DNA of 64,000 bases. It comes from the human T2T-CHM13v2.0 reference genome, Homo sapiens. Under the pieces are notes generated by a model. It had not been told where the DNA came from. It saw only the letters and a list, made by a program, of their open reading frames with translations, and made no database searches. This document shows, piece by piece, positions 57,657 to 64,000 of this stretch (the first letter of the stretch is position 1; each line of letters opens with the position of its first letter). The stretch is from NCBI RefSeq assembly GCF_009914755.1, contig NC_060931.1, one strand, 5' to 3'. A program made the position numbers and the translations under genes.

Positions 57657-57951
57657 AAAGCGCCTCCTCGCGTCTCTGTTCCGGGATCTTTCATCTCCAG
57701 GGGGCTCCTGCGTATGCGGAAACGCCCTCCCGCCTGTCTCTGCTTGTCTCCTGATCAGTTCACTCGCCTTACAAACCTCCTAAGTCTATGTCCCTAAGTA
57801 TTTAAACACAATTGCACAATTAATGAATCCCAATTTAAAAAATTAACCAATAACATTTCCCAGGTATTTAAGTATTGATTACAGACTTTAATCAAATACT
57901 TCTAAATATTAAAATCACAAGCTAAATGTGCTTAAATCACATAGCTAAACG

Positions 57952-58335
57952 TGCTATGGACCAAATTGCGCGCTCTCCAAATCCACGGTGCAGCCCCAGC
58001 CCACGTGTGACCGTGCTTGGAGATAAGGCTTTAAGGACGTGATTAAGGTTGAATGAAGTCCTAAGCGTGGGGCCCTGATCTGATAGGACTGTGGCCTTAT
58101 AAGAAGAGAGCTCTTTCCTCTCTCCTCCTCTTTCCCTCTCCCCCTTCCTTCCCTCCCAGCCATGGGAAAAGACACCACTCACAAGCCACAAAGAGGCCTC
58201 CCCAGGAACTGAACTAGCCCGCACCTTGATCTTTGCCTTCCAGCCTCCAGGACGGAGAGAAATGGATTTCTGTTGTTTGTAAGCAGCCTGGTCTATGAGA
58301 TGTTGTTGCGGCAGCCTGGGGGGACGCACACACTA
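57952..58335 (+). mobile_element. MaLR LTR (MLT1A/B-like)
   Basis: TGCTATGGAC start, GGGCCCTGATCTGATAGGA..CCTTATAAGAAGAG, CCTTGATCTT..CTTCCAGCCTCCAG. Confidence 0.8.
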
Positions 58336-58368
58336 CAAGTTATTCCCAGGACTTAAAAGCATAGTGCC

Positions 58369-59527
<1,159 letters not shown>

Positions 59528-60112
59528 AGTGCTTTTTCTTTAAACTACAAACTCCGTCTCCTTCCCACGTACATTTCTCCCGCTCTCAGTGACCACCACT
59601 GTATGGCTGTGTTGCTGGTCTCCCTGAGCCTCGGTTTCTCTTCTGCAACCTGGGGGCCCACTCCGGGAGTGAATTGGGAAAAAGCAACTCAGCTGAAGCC
59701 TCCAAGCCTCCTCCCGCTCCCTGGCGATCTCCCGGGAGGCTCCTGTAAGGCATGGGCTGGAGGTCGGGGGGCTCGTGGCTTAGAGGTGACTGCTGAGAAA
59801 TAATCATAACGAAAGGGAAAAACTGAATTTCCTGACAAAAAGGGGGAATCAGATATTTAAGGCAGTCAGTGGGGCTCTTGGCGGCCGTTGAAACCACACT
59901 TCTGGAGGAACATAATGGCGTGGACAGAGCCTCATATTCTAATTTTCAGTGAAAACAGAAATAACGTAAAACAGCATATGCAGTATGGTCCAAATTCCCT
60001 GAAAAAATTATTTGTGTCTTCATAAATATGGTATATATTGTCTGTAGAAATGTGTACATATTGAGATATTTATCTGTGTAGATATAAATATATGTATAAA
60101 TATGTGTGCATA

Positions 60113-60702
<590 letters not shown>

Positions 60703-60904
60703 ATATGTGTATATATGTATACATTTCCGTGTGTATATATTTAAATATATAGTACATATTTCTCCGTAGACATATATAAACGTGTGTGTGTGTATATATA
60801 TATATATTTCTATGTGTATTGTCAAAAAACAGTATTTAAACAACTTGGGTTTAATGATGGGAGTGGCTCCTGTTAGCGATTCCCGAATTTGGCAGCTCCA
60901 TCTG

Positions 60905-61218
60905 TGTAGCTGCTTGTCTATATGACACGGTGCACACATGATGACTGTAACTGTCTATATGACACAGTGCACACGTGATGTCTGTAGCTGCTTGTCTATA
61001 TGACACGGCGCACACATGATGTAACTGCTTGTCTATATGACACGGTGCACACGTGATGTCTGTAGCTGCTTGTCTGTGACACGGTGCACACGTGATGTCT
61101 GTAACTGTCTATATGACACAGCGCTCACATGACTGTAACTGTCTATATGACACGGCGCACACGTGATGTCTGTAGCTGCTTGTGTGTGACACGACGCACA
61201 CGTGATGTATGTAGCTGC
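60905..61218. repeat. ~39-bp minisatellite, 8 units (TATATGACACGGTGCACACGTGATGTCTGTAGCTGCTTGTC)
   Basis: Seen directly. Confidence 0.93.
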
Positions 61219-61563
61219 CCGTGTCCACATGTTCTGGGCATTTCTGTTGTGTGTCTCCAGGCGTGTGTTGCATGTATAACTCCAGTGTCTGTATAACTCC
61301 AGTGTCTGTACCTAGAGCCCACTTGGATGCGAGCTGTGAAAGCTGCCAAGATACCCCCTTCCTGAAGATTCTGGGGTGTTAGGGGAGGGCACCGCACCCG
61401 TCCTCACCCCACACATCCATGAAAAAGGTGACCAGGGCCCCCGACTGCACCAGGGCTCTGAGCAGCTGTGGGGTGGCCCTCATGGGGTCATGCAGGGCTG
61501 CGTCAGAGGAGGGTGGTCCCACCTGCAGAGCGTCCACCTGGTGTGCAAGTGAGACCTTGATGA

Positions 61564-62099
<536 letters not shown>

Positions 62100-62409
62100 T
62101 GAGACTTTCCCACATTTTCTAAATATGTTACAGTGACTGAGTATGAATGTTATAAAAAACCAAAATTCTAGTGTATGTTTGTTTTTAAAGTAAAAACTCC
62201 TGAAGCCATCTCCTGTCACAGGGCTGCCATGGGGCAGCTGTGAAGGCTCCAGGTCTGGGGCCCACTCAGCCCTGCCATACTGGGCTCGGGGGGAGGCTCC
62301 CTGCCAGATGGGTGGCCCCAGGAAGGGGCGGCAGGAGCAGCACCTCTAGCCGTCCGCCTGAGGCTTCGTTTACCACTGGGCCTCAGGGCCTTCCCCTCTC
62401 CGGCCAGCT

Positions 62410-62675
62410 CTGAAGGGGTTAAAATGCTTCACCAATGCAAATAGATTTAATTAATCCTTTCATCAGCTGCAAATATACCTTCTGAACCCTATTAAAAACA
62501 TGAATATGCAAATATAGACCTTTTTGAATTCTCATTTTCGAGGACTTGGTGTTGGGTTTGATTAGCGAATTCCGTTAACAGCCTGTAAACCTGCTGCAAA
62601 ATTTAATTTCCATTTTAAATTAAAAAAAAGCATGAAAGCGGTGGGTAATTGGGCTAATTATAGTGTTATGCTGAA
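62410..62675. promoter_or_regulatory. Candidate developmental enhancer (POU/homeodomain motif cluster)
   Basis: Unique AT-rich island in GC-rich DNA; ATGCAAAT at 62435 and 62506, TTAATTAATCC, CAGCTG, TAATTG, CTAATTA. Confidence 0.5.
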
Positions 62676-63364
62676 GAGGCCACATACTGCGCCCTGGGGT
62701 GTCCCCTACCTGGGCTGGGTGCTGGGCCAGGTGGACACCCCTGGCAGGTCATGTGGTCCGTTTTCCAGATGCGAAGACTGAGGCCCAGGGAGGGGAGGAC
62801 CCTTGCCCACGACCATCCCGCAGGCTGGGCTGAGCCAGCATTCAACTGAGGCCTCCTGATGTCCCGGCCGGGGTGCGCCTGGCTGCCCAGCCCCTGGCTC
62901 CGTCTGGGAGGAGGGGGTGCTCAGAGGAAGCTGAGGGGCCATGAGCTCCAGGTCCCCGGTCCTTGGTGGGCAGTGCTCACTGCTCACCTCTGTCCCTCTG
63001 CCCAGGAGGGAGCCAGGCCTGGCTCTGCCACCGCCTCCGCCCGTGCCCAGCGACACCAGAGCTGGGACAGCCGCTTCCCCTGTTCTCTGGTTCCAGTTTT
63101 CTCATTAGTCGAGTAGGGACACAGCACAACATCACCTGTCACCACGCAGCATGGATTCACCCGCACACACCTGTGCACCGGTGTGAGCCAGGACTGTCAG
63201 GCGCCAGCTCCCTCGGTGAACGTGACAAGGCCCCTCCTTCCCCACGGGGGTGACACGCCAGAGCCAGGGGCGCCCGGGGTGGCTGGGCCCAACCGAGAGG
63301 GACAAGTGGAAAATCCAGCGGGATCCCCGAGACCAAAGCCGACTGTGGAAGGTCCCATTCACCG

Positions 63365-63526
63365 TTCGCATTGGTCACACGTCGACACGATGCCATGTTG
63401 GATAGATTGGGTTAGAGGTGTATTTGCTAACATTAATTTCACTGGCTTCTGCTTACTATTTAACGTGGCTACTAAAAAATGTCAAGTTACGTATGCGGTT
63501 CGCGTGGCGTCTCTATTAGCGCTGTT
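63365..63526. mobile_element. MER3/MER33-like hAT fragment
   Basis: TTGGATAGATTGGGTTA..ATTAATTTCAC..GTGGCTACTAAAAAAT..AGCGCTG. Confidence 0.65.
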
Positions 63527-63714
63527 CTGTGAGGACGCTAATCTGTCTGAAACATGACTGTATCTGCTGGAACAGATGTGCAGTCTATGTCTATCAAAAA
63601 TAAACTATGCATTGAACAAAACGCCAGGTAGTGGGGAACGCCGGAAGAAAGGATAGAGCTGGCTCAGGAGATGAGGGGAAGGGAGGGCTTACTCATGGGT
63701 AAGGATCAATTGGG

Positions 63715-63885
63715 CAGCTCCTGCCGCTGTAAACAAACCCCAGACTACGACCCGCCGGGGCGGCCTCCGCCGCACCAGTTCTTTCTCGAGGTTCTGGGGG
63801 CCCAGGTCCAAGATCAGGACATCAATCGGCAGGGCCTGTTTCCCCGGAGCCTCTCCCCGTGGCTCTCAGAGGGCCACCTGTGCTC
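63715..63885 (-). mobile_element. MaLR LTR fragment, GC-shifted
   Basis: GTTCTGGGGGC..GTCCAAGATCAGG..GGCAGGGC..GCCTCTCCCCGTGGCT. Confidence 0.5.
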
Positions 63886-64000
63886 GTTGGGATCTGGGAC
63901 TCGGTGTTTTGTTTTGCTTTGAAAGATAGTGACACAAATGGTTCAGAACTATGGAAGTTCTGAAAAATGCTGTCAGTTTTACTTTAAAATGAGAATCTGG

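Overview
Primate, almost certainly human or hominoid, genomic DNA with about 65 Alu copies (J, S and Y types). It reads as an intergenic interval: GC-rich and minisatellite-rich at both ends (about 1-17 kb and 57-64 kb), with an AT-rich block of old L1 in the middle (about 24-56 kb). The first ~600 bp look like the end of a 3' UTR, but I cannot identify the gene. No intact protein-coding gene, tRNA, rRNA or CRISPR array is supported; the ORF track is explained by Alu, simple-repeat and retroelement translations. Recognisable relics are a minus-strand ERV-L pol remnant (RT connection, RNase H, integrase, start of dUTPase), a heavily deleted ERV1 provirus (LTR, tRNA-Arg PBS, gag pieces), MER41-type LTRs, MLT1 LTRs, Tigger3 with a nested MADE1, and L1 ORF1/ORF2 fragments. 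The best leads are: (1) a minisatellite with 13 perfect CGTGGGAA RBPJ/CSL sites, (2) a minisatellite grown from the ERV-L RNase H-integrase linker, (3) a CCAAT-rich nested repeat that re-copies an Alu tail, (4) a 180-bp templated duplication, (5) a MER41B with two intact GAS motifs, (6) a POU/homeodomain motif-dense island near 62.5 kb. These are hypotheses; the sequence alone does not demonstrate a new biological system. Repeat subfamily names come from remembered consensus sequences, and boundaries are approximate.
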